The notes under the pieces: model-generated | Seen by the model: the letters and a program-made list of their open reading frames with translations, nothing else | What the model was told of the DNA's origin: nothing | Databases searched by the model: none | Position numbers and translations under genes: made by a program | Shown here: positions 1-9,374 of the stretch, piece after piece | Layout of the letters: each line of letters starts with the position of its first letter | Numbering within the stretch: position 1 is the first letter of the stretch | Source of the DNA: a virus | Reading direction: 5' to 3' (one strand) | Length of the DNA stretch: 64,000 nucleotides | IMG/VR virus record: IMGVR_UViG_3300045988_143605 | Coordinates: 22,369-86,368 of that record

Positions 1-1
1 T

Positions 2-949
2 GCGCTGTTAAGCACTCTGCCCGATTGCGTGGTCACATTCGATATACCCGATAATGGTCAGTCATTTACCGTAGAATATTGCACCAGCCGTGAGGATAAG
101 GTGAAGCCTGGCAAGGCGCAGATGTATTTCTTTCCTGGAGATGATTTTCCACAGATGGTGCAGCCGAAAGCCGAGCAGTCTACAATAGTCACGCTGCCCA
201 TGTCGCTGTTCCGCTCCGTTGTAGACACCACCGATAAGTTTGTCTTCCCCAATGAGCTTCGCCCTATACTCTCAAGTCTGTGTATCGACGTAGCCGAAGA
301 CCGTTCCGAAATAGTGTTTGTTGGCACCAACGGTCATACTCTTGTTAAGGTGAGACATAGTAATGACCCAGCAAAGGGAGGCAGCGACTTTTTCCGTAGT
401 GGTACCCCCTGCAAGACGCTTATCCATCGCAACTATTTCCGCACGCTTTCTGCCTTTGATGGCAGCGAGGACATAACCATTGAGAACTACGGTCATACCA
501 TCCGATTCACTTCGGGCGACACCGAACTGATATGCAAGCATCTGGAGGGCAAATATCCCAACTATAACGCTGTCATTCCCAAGTCCAACCCATTCTATGT
601 AGTTTTCGACAAAAAGGAGATGCTCGACATTCTGCGCCGTGTCAGTCTGTTCTCAAATAACGCAAGCAATCTCGTAGAGATGAAGAAAAGCGACATGTTC
701 CTCACCGTGTCTGCCAGCGATGCCGACTTTGCAATATCGGGCGAAGATCAGGTGTGTATAGCCCGCGCCCAGTGTGACGATAACTTCCGCATCGGAATAA
801 AGTCAACAATATTTCAAACTTGCATCAACTCTATTCCATCGGACACGATACGTATGCAGTTGCTCGACGCTTCTCACGCAGTCGTTCTCACAGCCGACGA
901 GCCTGCGCCAAAGGTATTATCGCTGTGCATGCCGATGCTGATTGATTAA
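2..949 (+). CDS. dnaN: DNA polymerase III beta subunit (sliding clamp), 5' end runs off the window
   Basis: The frame is open from nt 2, upstream of the listed GTG at 29. The product contains EGKYPNYNAVIP (compare the clamp motif G-x-FP-x-Y-x-x-VIP) and VFVGTNGHTLV. About 315 of an expected ~370 aa are visible. Confidence 0.7.
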   Translation, partial: ALLSTLPDCVVTFDIPDNGQSFTVEYCTSREDKVKPGKAQMYFFPGDDFPQMVQPKAEQSTIVTLPMSLFRSVVDTTDKFVFPNELRPILSSLCIDVAEDRSEIVFVGTNGHTLVKVRHSNDPAKGGSDFFRSGTPCKTLIHRNYFRTLSAFDGSEDITIENYGHTIRFTSGDTELICKHLEGKYPNYNAVIPKSNPFYVVFDKKEMLDILRRVSLFSNNASNLVEMKKSDMFLTVSASDADFAISGEDQVCIARAQCDDNFRIGIKSTIFQTCINSIPSDTIRMQLLDASHAVVLTADEPAPKVLSLCMPMLID

Positions 950-973
950 ATTCATAATTAAAATTTACAGAAT

Positions 974-1609
974 ATGGACGATACTCTCCTCTTCATTCCG
1001 CCTTGTTGCGTAGACCAAAAGCTGCCCAAGGCCGTTATTCAGGCACCTCACTGCCAGCTCACGTTCTACACACATGGCGACGTGACGGCGGAGAAGTTCT
1101 ATAAGGCATTGAGTCACCTCATGATAGACGCTCATATCATGGCGCTCACTATGACTTCACCTAAGCAAGAGACATTTATGTTTCTTGAGCAGTGCTTCGA
1201 GCGAGGTTGGATAACACGTCTCGTGCTGTCCACCTACCGCTCGTGCGACACGCTCATGGAAAAATACCTCAGCGATTATGCCGATCGCATCATCTATGCG
1301 CAAAGCGACGATGTGAGCGAGCTAAGTAGCCATTTGGTGCTCTATAATAAGGATAGGGCGTTAACCCTTAGCGGACCGATGTACGACCGGCCGCAGACAG
1401 ATGTGCGTCTCGCCTCATATACACTCGTGTTTCACCCATCGCATCTCCTTAACTCTACATCCGACTGGGGTAATTCGCTACGCAACATCCTATTCCCCGA
1501 CGTTCTGCGTCATCGTAAGAAGATTTTCTCTGGAGGCATAAAACGAATAAAAGACAGGGAAATAGATAGGTTTATACACCTTGAATTTCCACCATTAAAA
1601 GAACTCTAA
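974..1609 (+). CDS. hypothetical protein
   Basis: 211-aa ORF on the same strand, starting 25 nt after the dnaN stop. No motif recognised. Confidence 0.5.
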   Translation: MDDTLLFIPPCCVDQKLPKAVIQAPHCQLTFYTHGDVTAEKFYKALSHLMIDAHIMALTMTSPKQETFMFLEQCFERGWITRLVLSTYRSCDTLMEKYLSDYADRIIYAQSDDVSELSSHLVLYNKDRALTLSGPMYDRPQTDVRLASYTLVFHPSHLLNSTSDWGNSLRNILFPDVLRHRKKIFSGGIKRIKDREIDRFIHLEFPPLKEL

Positions 1610-1610
1610 T

Positions 1611-1922
1611 ATGAGAACAATCACACAATCCTATACCGAGCTTCGCCGCTATATGGAAAAGTGGCAATGGAACGACCCTCGCACGGGGCAACGTGTCACT
1701 GGTTTCAATCCCCCGCAGACAGCACGCAACGTGGCACGTATGCCGTTCTACATACGTTTCCTTACCAAGACGGGACATGTAGACACCGGCACCTGCGTCT
1801 GTCTCTCGGTTGACACCATACGCCACCAGCGCAAGGTGCAGTTTGTAGAGAGTGGCGAGATAAGGGTTGTCAACGATATACTCGTGCTGGAAGTAGACGG
1901 TACGAGATTTATAACGCATTAA
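1611..1922 (+). CDS. hypothetical protein
   Basis: 103-aa ORF whose ATG abuts the previous stop (TAATATG), a coupled layout. Confidence 0.45.
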   Translation: MRTITQSYTELRRYMEKWQWNDPRTGQRVTGFNPPQTARNVARMPFYIRFLTKTGHVDTGTCVCLSVDTIRHQRKVQFVESGEIRVVNDILVLEVDGTRFITH

Positions 1923-2070
1923 AGATTTGTTCTAAGTATATAAGTACATAGTTAATTAGACTATTCATTTTCGATTGTTAAGCGTACCAATGTTAATTCC
2001 AGATCAATTCTTCGGTTCGTGAGAATAGAAGAATTTTGCTCATTGATTATTCACTTAAAATCCAAATATT

Positions 2071-2625
2071 ATGTGGAATCCATTTAAACGAGAAAATAAG
2101 CATTTGAAGGAATTGCAAGACGTTAGTCAGATGACTGCAATCCTTGAAAAGTTAAGTCGCCGAGGTGTTATCTTCTGGCGCGAGAAAGATAAGATTCTTC
2201 TTATAGAGGAATATTTCGTTAGGTTGAAGTTGGCAGAGGGCCGTGAGGGATTTCTAAAATTTCTCAACCAGGTTGTCGCATGGCAAAACCTTAAACTCTT
2301 TGCCGAAGCCTATGAAGCACGCCGTATCAATGTCGAGGCAGCTGCTGTACGTAAGGCACGCAAGCAGTTTGCCAACTTGACCAAAGCCGATATCATGCGC
2401 ATCCGTCAGGAGGCAAGAGAGAATATGCCGATGTTGCCCATCGAGCAACTCGATTGCGTCAAAGAGTTCGATATCTTTGTGGTGCGTGCCAGTACACCGG
2501 CTGTTATGGAGGCTACGGAAGAGAATGGGCAGTTGCTCGCCCTTGGCCACTATGACGGAGAGAAGGTAGAGATGTCCATGTACGACGATATAAAGTATAA
2601 CCTTCAGCGTAATGACGATGATTAA
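2071..2625 (+). CDS. hypothetical protein (charged, helical)
   Basis: 184-aa ORF after a 150-nt AT-rich spacer. No motif recognised. Confidence 0.5.
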   Translation: MWNPFKRENKHLKELQDVSQMTAILEKLSRRGVIFWREKDKILLIEEYFVRLKLAEGREGFLKFLNQVVAWQNLKLFAEAYEARRINVEAAAVRKARKQFANLTKADIMRIRQEARENMPMLPIEQLDCVKEFDIFVVRASTPAVMEATEENGQLLALGHYDGEKVEMSMYDDIKYNLQRNDDD

Positions 2626-2844
2626 AGTTGCCTTCAAGGACGGAACATACGTCATTTGCCCAGAATGCAATGAAAAGATATACATTATTGAATGAGTATA
2701 AATAGCATCAAACATAAAACATGAAAATATTCGATTGCAACAAACAATGCAAATACTGCACGGCGATATTCTGCGAGGAAATGGAAAAAGGAAAGTATAT
2801 CAAAACTGAACAGACAAACAAAGCAAAATAAAAACAATAAGACT

Positions 2845-3229
2845 ATGACAAAAGAAGAAACTGAAAAGCGCATTGAGGTGATGTAGGATTACGTGGACGG
2901 GAAGGAAATCCAAGTAATATGTAGGGATATGAAAACATGGGAAGATGTGGTCGACCCAAACTGGGAATGGGGACATTTAGACTATCGTGTTAAACCAGCC
3001 CTAAGTTCCGACCATTTGATAATGTCGTGGAGTGCATCAACGAAATGAAAAAGCACATACCATTTGGTTGTGTAAAAGATGATTTCTTTTTTCCCCCATT
3101 GAAAAAGTTAGTTATGTATATGATGAATTTATAAGATGTCTTGGAGTGTGGACTGCTCCAGATGAAATGTTTGAAAAATTCACATTCCTTGATGGTTCGC
3201 CATTTGGAATAAAAGAAGAGGAGGAATAA
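2845..3229 (+). pseudogene. decayed small phage gene: in-frame TAG plus two frame changes
   Basis: MTKEETEKRIEVM is followed by TAG at 2884-2886, then DYVDGKEIQ...WEWGHLDYRVKP. The protein-like sequence continues in a second frame (FRPFDNVVECINEMKKHIPFG). It then continues in a third frame after the T6C5 run at 3087-3097 (WTAPDEMFEKFTFLDGSPFGIKEEEE, stop at 3227). Confidence 0.45.
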
Positions 3230-3231
3230 CT

Positions 3232-4029
3232 ATGAATAAAAAAGCACAAGACGCGGTAAAGAAATACAATGATGCGTGCAATCTGCTCGCATCCATGGTC
3301 AATGAACAGCTCTTCGACGGTTGTCGCAAGTGGTATTGGATAGGCGATGAAGTAGGTGGAGTGTGTGATTTCGAGGAAACCGACGTGCTGAATCCGGAAG
3401 ACATGGTTCGCATCATCGAGAATGGTATGTCCTACGATGAATACGCCGAGTGGCGCGATGCCAACCTCGACAACAACCGTTACATCAATCTCAAGTCGTG
3501 GCTCATGGGGCTGCGGCATGATATGCTGAAGGAAGAAGTTAAGGAGAATATGAAGCCAATCCTTGATTGTTGTTGTGGTTCTCGTATGTTTTATTTTGAC
3601 AAGAAAGACCCGAATGTGTTGTTTGCAGACATTAGAGAAGTGCATGAAGAACTTTGCGATGGCAGATTACTCGATGTGAATCCTGATGTCTTTGCCGACT
3701 GTACTAATATGCCGTTCACTGATGGGTCCTTTCGTGTGGTTGTCTTCGACCCTCCTCATTTAAAGAATGTTGGATTAAATTCTTGGCTCTGTAAGAAATA
3801 TGGAATTTTACCAGATAATTGGCAAGAGTTTATTAACGACTCTATACACGAGTGTATGAGAGTGTTGGCTGATTACGGTGTCTTGATATTCAAGTGGAAC
3901 GAACAACAGATTAAGGTTAGTGAAATTCTTGGCGCAATAAAAGATTATAAACCTATTTTCGGACATCGCACAACATCAAAAAACGCCACTATATGGATGG
4001 CTTTTATGAAACATCCAAAATATAAATAA
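3232..4029 (+). CDS. SAM-dependent nucleic-acid methyltransferase (DPPH type) with N-terminal extension
   Basis: ILDCCCGSRMF resembles motif I and VVVFDPPH resembles motif IV of amino-methyltransferases. 265 aa. Confidence 0.55.
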   Translation: MNKKAQDAVKKYNDACNLLASMVNEQLFDGCRKWYWIGDEVGGVCDFEETDVLNPEDMVRIIENGMSYDEYAEWRDANLDNNRYINLKSWLMGLRHDMLKEEVKENMKPILDCCCGSRMFYFDKKDPNVLFADIREVHEELCDGRLLDVNPDVFADCTNMPFTDGSFRVVVFDPPHLKNVGLNSWLCKKYGILPDNWQEFINDSIHECMRVLADYGVLIFKWNEQQIKVSEILGAIKDYKPIFGHRTTSKNATIWMAFMKHPKYK

Positions 4030-4123
4030 ACTATTAAATGTAGCTTCTTTTGAATAAATTATTGGATAATACAATTTGTTTCAAATTCATTGGTATTTTT
4101 CCTTGGCGAAAGAAATGATTTGA

Positions 4124-4166
4124 AAGCAGGGGTAGTCGTTGTGAAACGGCTGCTTTTTTGTTTTTT
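4124..4166 (+). terminator. candidate intrinsic terminator between convergent genes
   Basis: AAGCAG/CTGCTT outer stem with an inner CGTT-GTGA-AACG hairpin, followed by T6-G-T6. Confidence 0.4.
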
Positions 4167-6159
4167 ATCTTCCACTCGGCAGTACAAACCAACCGCCACC
4201 GCCACGGAAGAACTTGCAACCTAAGTACAGCGTATCGAAGGCATCCGTGAAGTCGGTACGTTGCTGTAGGGGTAGTGTGTCCTCGCTCTCGGGCTTCTTC
4301 TCCTGGCTCTTGTCTTTGTGAAATCCCTTGTACGAAATCTGCACCTCGCACAGCTGCATGGCGATGATAAGGTCGGGATTGTTCACCTGGTTGATGCGAA
4401 TGGCGGGGTAGGAGAGGTGAGCCAAGCCGTCGTTGATGATCTTGTGCTTTACCTCGTGCTTTTCTGGAGCACCCATATCAATGGCCGTCACGTTCCAGCC
4501 TCGCTTCTCCAACTCTGCAATCACGGTCATATAGAATCGCTCGTCCGACGAAGCATACGAGGCGCCCTGCTTTGCCGTGGAATCATAGAAATACGTCAAG
4601 TCGCGGTTGATGGCCCGCTTCGGTGCGTAATAGTCGGAGAAATCGGCTATCACTTCACGCAGCTTGCGCTCGTTCTTCACATAGAAGCTCTTGATGACGT
4701 TCAGACATTCCATGCCGTCGCGCTCATACATCTGTCCGACCACCAACGTATTGATGTTGGCATTGTAATCCAAGGCTATATACAGAGGAAGAGAGTTGAT
4801 GCAGTCGGAATCCATGCGTGAGTCGTTGCGCTCGCCCAATTCCTTGAAGTCGGGTTGATAGCTCTCGCTTGTAACTTTCCTTCCACCGATGATGCCCGAC
4901 ACCTTTTGCGTGGAAAATTTGGCAGTCGATAAAGGGTCTATTTCATCTGGGATATATCCGTGAACATGGTCGATGTCGAGGTTGGAGTAAAAACCGTCAT
5001 TACTTTTCTGTATCTTTACATTCAGAATTGACACGGCGAAGGTATATGGCGGAAGATCTCGCTTCATCTGACGGATATAGTCTTCACCCAAAATATCCAC
5101 ATTGTCGAGCGATGACGCACGACGCACGCAGAAAGCCACACGGCGCAGCTCACGCAAATAGTCTTCAGAGAATTTCTTTGACCGCTGGAACATCTGCATC
5201 TCAAAATCCTCTTCCGGCGTGATAAGATACTCGTAATCGTAAATCAGTTCGGCATCGTCCTGCGGAATGAGTTTATAGTTGACAGCCATCTCCACCATAC
5301 CCTTAGTGACGTGTTGGCCATGGTTGGGCATTATCTTGAATTGTCCCTCATGCTTCATCATCTTCAGAGCCACGGCACGGATCATCGTGCGCAACTCCTT
5401 CGGCACCACACGCACCGAGTGGTTGGTCTTCTTGGCGTTATACAGCAGGTCGTTGTAGCGTATCACCTTGTTGGCGTAATCCTCCAACTGCTCCTGCACC
5501 CATCGGTAGGTATTGCCCTTGAATGGCCCCGTCTCAACGGTCATGTCCAACTTCTCCTCCTCCTTCTCCAACCACGAGCCTTTGGCAGTGAGCGAGGCAT
5601 CCGAGAGGAAGCGTGTACTTTTATACATCGGGTTGTGGTCGGAGAAGTTGATGTCGCCCAACGGATGTGTCTGGCCTGAAAGAGCTGGCATCAACTCGTC
5701 CGTTACTTTCTTATAAGGAAAGAATCTCGCCTCGTCGCCTACCATGGCCGAGAACGTGTAAGAGTTGGCAGAGGCGGTCTGTGAGAGCGAGATAAGAACC
5801 CATCCGGCGCCATTGGCCAACCAGATGTAGTTGTCGTAGTTCTTAGGTTTGAAGATACTCTCGCGAGCATGTTTCGGCGGTCGTCCCCAACCGAAGTGAA
5901 TGCCCTGCGTAAAACCGAACATACGTTCCATGGCAGCCATCGTACTCGGTATGGTCTTGCCGAAGCCCTGCTGACGCGACACAGCCACCCATGCGCCGAG
6001 CATACCAGGCATGGAGTTGCTTGCCGTCCAGACGTAAGGAGCCACCAAACCATCGGTCTTACCCACACGGCGGGCAGCAATCACTCGCTCGTCTTTGGCT
6101 CCCATATATAGCGACTGCTGCTGAAACTTCGTTAAGTATATATTATGTGCTTGCTGCAT
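4165..6159 (-). CDS. terL: terminase large subunit
   Basis: 664 aa. Walker A-like AARRVGKTDG and Walker B-like SAMVGDEARFF. It is the last gene of the leftward packaging operon. Confidence 0.75.
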   Translation of the reverse strand: MQQAHNIYLTKFQQQSLYMGAKDERVIAARRVGKTDGLVAPYVWTASNSMPGMLGAWVAVSRQQGFGKTIPSTMAAMERMFGFTQGIHFGWGRPPKHARESIFKPKNYDNYIWLANGAGWVLISLSQTASANSYTFSAMVGDEARFFPYKKVTDELMPALSGQTHPLGDINFSDHNPMYKSTRFLSDASLTAKGSWLEKEEEKLDMTVETGPFKGNTYRWVQEQLEDYANKVIRYNDLLYNAKKTNHSVRVVPKELRTMIRAVALKMMKHEGQFKIMPNHGQHVTKGMVEMAVNYKLIPQDDAELIYDYEYLITPEEDFEMQMFQRSKKFSEDYLRELRRVAFCVRRASSLDNVDILGEDYIRQMKRDLPPYTFAVSILNVKIQKSNDGFYSNLDIDHVHGYIPDEIDPLSTAKFSTQKVSGIIGGRKVTSESYQPDFKELGERNDSRMDSDCINSLPLYIALDYNANINTLVVGQMYERDGMECLNVIKSFYVKNERKLREVIADFSDYYAPKRAINRDLTYFYDSTAKQGASYASSDERFYMTVIAELEKRGWNVTAIDMGAPEKHEVKHKIINDGLAHLSYPAIRINQVNNPDLIIAMQLCEVQISYKGFHKDKSQEKKPESEDTLPLQQRTDFTDAFDTLYLGCKFFRGGGGWFVLPSGR

Positions 6160-6161
6160 TG

Positions 6162-6389
6162 TTATTCTGATGTCTTATGTCCTACATGCCATTTGCTGCA
6201 TGTCCTGCACCGATACACCGTCATGCCATGCGCTCGTAGCTTCGGGTTCTGTTTTAGATATTCCCAAGCATCATCCTCTGTCTCGTATGTCTCCTTCGCC
6301 TTCCAAGAGTGCTGTTTGCGTGTGTAGTGCTCAGAGTCCGGCTTAAATGGCGGAACCTTGTTGAAGTATTTATGTCTGTTGTTGCGCAT
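6162..6389 (-). CDS. small zinc-ribbon-like protein
   Basis: 75 aa, contains YRCRTCSKWHVGH. Its stop lies 2 nt from the terL start. CA-rich leader upstream. Confidence 0.45.
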   Translation of the reverse strand: MRNNRHKYFNKVPPFKPDSEHYTRKQHSWKAKETYETEDDAWEYLKQNPKLRAHGMTVYRCRTCSKWHVGHKTSE

Positions 6390-6434
6390 GTGTTGTTTTG
6401 TGTGGTTTTGTGTTTTCTGTTGTTCTGGCCCCCG

Positions 6435-7028
6435 TCAGTTAAACCATTTCACCGTTGTTTCGCCTTTATACCCCTTCTCCCACACGAACCATGCGTAAGC
6501 CGCTGCGCTGCTGCCGTACTTATCGAAGTCGCCATTCATAGCGCATTTCAGTCGTGATGAACTTACCCAAACACGAACGGGAGGGGTAGAGCGGAAGAGA
6601 GCGCGTCGAGCCTTGCCTTCGAGGAAAGTCAGCTTCAGAAACATCGCCACTTTCTTTCCTACGGGGATGATGCTGAGAGCCTTCTCCACAAACTGCTGCG
6701 CATATTTGTAGGGTGGATTGGTGACGATGTTACCGTCCCATTCCAAATTGTCTATTGCGAGGAAGTCGGCCACTTCGCCGTACCCTCTATCCACAAGGTC
6801 GCGGCTTACCACCTCATACCCTGCTGCCTCCAACATCCTACTCATGTGACCCTCGCCACACGAAGGCTCAAGAATCCTGCCCTCAAACCGTTCCAGTTTG
6901 CACAGCCATTCCGTCGCCTTCGGTTCTGTGGCATAGTAATCCTCACGCTGTCTATCCGCGTCTGTATGGTTGCTTGCGCCTAACGTCTTGAACACAGCAG
7001 CAGAGCCGCCTACCCAGTCTTTAGCCAT
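6435..7028 (-). CDS. N6-adenine DNA methyltransferase (NPPY)
   Basis: ILEPSCGEGHM (motif I) precedes IVTNPPYKY (motif IV). 197 aa. Confidence 0.8.
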   Translation of the reverse strand: MAKDWVGGSAAVFKTLGASNHTDADRQREDYYATEPKATEWLCKLERFEGRILEPSCGEGHMSRMLEAAGYEVVSRDLVDRGYGEVADFLAIDNLEWDGNIVTNPPYKYAQQFVEKALSIIPVGKKVAMFLKLTFLEGKARRALFRSTPPVRVWVSSSRLKCAMNGDFDKYGSSAAAYAWFVWEKGYKGETTVKWFN

Positions 7029-7084
7029 TGCGAACCTCCTTTTCGTTTAGTTTGTTGTTCTTATTGTGTATTGTTTTGTGTTAT

Positions 7085-8251
7085 TTATAATTCCTCCCCA
7101 AAGTCAAATTTCATCTGTTGGAACTTCTCTGCATACCATTTTTTGTATGCTTTTCCCGAAATCCACCAGTCGTAGATATTCTCCGCTATTTCGTTTTCTT
7201 GCTCCTCTGTCAAGCGGTCAGAAGAGGAGCTGTCTGAAAACCCTCGTTCGGCAAGTTTCCATATTCCTCGGTTCTGTCTCCCATCCAATGTTTCTGGTCG
7301 GGATGCTTGATGTAGCCGCCTGCGTCCTGAGCAATCCTCTGACGGTTCTGAGAGGCATACAGTCCTTGCGGATGTTCCACCAGATATATTCTCTTTTGAA
7401 TCCCCCCCCCCGTTTCGGATGGCTTTAATCGTTTTTATCCAGTTGCGCTTGATATGCGGATAGCGTTCATTCTCGATGCGCTTCTGCTTTGCAGACGACA
7501 TTGGGCAGCCGATGCAGCCGATGCGATGCCATCCCTCGTCGTAGAGCGAGCAATGCGGAACTTTCACTACGTTATTTAAGAACTCCCACACGTCCTTTTC
7601 CGTCCAATAGATAATGGGCGATATTAGCAGGCTCTCTTTGCCGTGGATGCAGCCTAACGTCTGTTCTTCATCAGCATTAGTGATATTCACGCCTTGCTCC
7701 TTAGATTTACGGCGAGCACGTTTAGCCTTCTGTTCCTGTCGGTATTCGTCCAGACCGTCAAGATTACCGCTAAACTTTCGGTTGTTTATCTCCACCTCGT
7801 TGCGCTTGGCTCTTCGAGAACTCTCTGCCTTGCGTATGCCGATTAGCGTCACCTTGCCAGCACCTGCCATTTCCTTATATTCAGTACAACACCAACGCAC
7901 ACGCTTAGTGGGCAGAATCTGCTTTTCTACGGCAATCTGAAAGATGGATTTGCCCGGCTTTATCAGTTCCACCTCGGGATAGTTCTTCTTTACGAAACGT
8001 ATCACTTCGGGAGGATCAACGCTCGTAAGATTCATGTGACCGCGAAATTTCCCCTCAGCCAACTGAGTCATGTGGAAAAGAGCTTGAGAATCCTTTCCAC
8101 CACTAAACGCCAAGTAATATCCGTTCTCGGCATCATAGTTCAGAGCTATCTTCTCTGCTTTTTGCAGCAGCTCCACTGAGTGAAGCATTTTTTTTCGCAG
8201 TCTTTCCGAAGCTCGCTCCAATGCTTCGGCAAGTGTAATGTTTAACTCCAT
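7085..8251 (-). CDS. PAPS reductase / DndC-like PP-loop ATP pyrophosphatase family protein
   Basis: LAFSGGKDSQALFHM PP-loop motif and a CIGCPM cysteine pair. The CDS contains a C10 run (7402-7411) after which the listed frame becomes S/G/R-rich. Confidence 0.7.
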   Translation of the reverse strand: MELNITLAEALERASERLRKKMLHSVELLQKAEKIALNYDAENGYYLAFSGGKDSQALFHMTQLAEGKFRGHMNLTSVDPPEVIRFVKKNYPEVELIKPGKSIFQIAVEKQILPTKRVRWCCTEYKEMAGAGKVTLIGIRKAESSRRAKRNEVEINNRKFSGNLDGLDEYRQEQKAKRARRKSKEQGVNITNADEEQTLGCIHGKESLLISPIIYWTEKDVWEFLNNVVKVPHCSLYDEGWHRIGCIGCPMSSAKQKRIENERYPHIKRNWIKTIKAIRNGGGDSKENISGGTSARTVCLSEPSEDCSGRRRLHQASRPETLDGRQNRGIWKLAERGFSDSSSSDRLTEEQENEIAENIYDWWISGKAYKKWYAEKFQQMKFDFGEEL

Positions 8252-8483
8252 ATTTTTACTGTCTTTATATAGAACGTGTTAAGTAAATCGCGCTTTCATT
8301 AACACGTCGAGTGCGATATGTTAAGAATTTAGCGTTTCGTTAACATGATTTTTATGCTATATGCAAACGATGCCTATTGTTGTATGTAAACAATGCCTAT
8401 TACCTTCATAAGGTTATGCCTATTACCTACAGGCAATAGATACTTCTATTTGCATCATATAGATAATTCTATCTTGTTTCCGC

Positions 8484-9296
8484 TCATTCCTTCTCGTCCG
8501 TTGGCTTGCCTTCGTGCTGCATCGGCATTTCCTTACTATTGGATTCTTCATTCTTCCCCTTTCCCTTTTCACTTTCACCTTCCATATACTCGAAGTAGTC
8601 CGGCTCCTCCTCTCGCTTGTCGCTAAACATTTCCTCGTCCTCTATCTCCTGCAGGTCCTTGGTAGTAAGACCATACTTGCGAGCCATGCGTAGCTTCTCC
8701 TCCTCGGTGTAGTTGATGCGGTCGCGCTTTACGATGCTCACGTCCTGCGTGATGGCGATGCGACTCATGTCCGGCATCTCGTCCGTAGCGTCCTTCTCCT
8801 CCTGGAAGTTGCCATACACATTAGCTAAGGCTTGCATACCCTTATCCACTGCACGATCGTTATTCTGCTGTTTGCCCGTGCGTATCAACCATTCGGCACT
8901 GCTCAGATACATCGCCTTGTGGCGCGGACTTTCGTCGGTCTGGAAGAAACGTATCAGATGGTTGCACACCAACACGTCGTTGTTGAGCTCCGTAACTGTA
9001 CGCGGACAGATATTGCCCTCATCGTCGAGGGTAATCTTCAGCGCAAGCACATACTCCTGCGCATCCTTGTTGCCCTGTGCTGCCTGGTTGAAGAACATTT
9101 CATAGTCGCGTCGGGCAATATTACGGCACACCGTCCGAGGGTCGATGTCCTTGTTTTGCACCCATCGCTTGTAGAACTCCGAGCATATCTGCATACGGTA
9201 GCGTTGCTCCAGCTTCGGGAACGCCGTCTGCATACTTGTGCCGTAGGATAGCCACTTGTCGATGCGAGTTAATGTATTTTGCGTAATTCCTGACAT
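8484..9296 (-). CDS. hypothetical protein, first gene of the packaging operon (possible small terminase or DNA-binding protein; function unproven)
   Basis: The start was moved to the internal ATG (MSGITQNTL) 20 nt downstream of a promoter-like box. Acidic C-terminal tail. Confidence 0.5.
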   Translation of the reverse strand: MSGITQNTLTRIDKWLSYGTSMQTAFPKLEQRYRMQICSEFYKRWVQNKDIDPRTVCRNIARRDYEMFFNQAAQGNKDAQEYVLALKITLDDEGNICPRTVTELNNDVLVCNHLIRFFQTDESPRHKAMYLSSAEWLIRTGKQQNNDRAVDKGMQALANVYGNFQEEKDATDEMPDMSRIAITQDVSIVKRDRINYTEEEKLRMARKYGLTTKDLQEIEDEEMFSDKREEEPDYFEYMEGESEKGKGKNEESNSKEMPMQHEGKPTDEKE

Positions 9297-9316
9297 AGTG
9301 TTGTGTTTTATGTTGC

Positions 9317-9353
9317 CAAAGTTACGATATTTCCTGTCCCCCGTGCGGACATA
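9317..9353 (-). promoter_or_regulatory. phage-type promoter, copy E (TATGTCCGC-N20-TAACTTTG)
   Basis: Read on the minus strand, with exact 20-nt spacing. The -7 box ends 20 nt before the ATG at 9296. Confidence 0.6.
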
Positions 9354-9374
9354 CTCAACCTCCCCATACCCCAC

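Noticed and set aside
2884-2886. TAG stop-codon reassignment (genetic code 15), as in some Bacteroidales phages
   Set aside because: Very long ORFs (1608, 1287, 941 and 927 aa) are intact under the standard code. The only tRNA has a CAU anticodon, not CUA. The same locus also needs two frame changes. A pseudogene or sequencing error is more parsimonious.
3112-3645. 177-aa minus-strand ORF and other antisense ORFs inside the terminase, tape measure and portal genes
   Set aside because: They overlap better-supported genes on the opposite strand, and no independent motif or signal was found.
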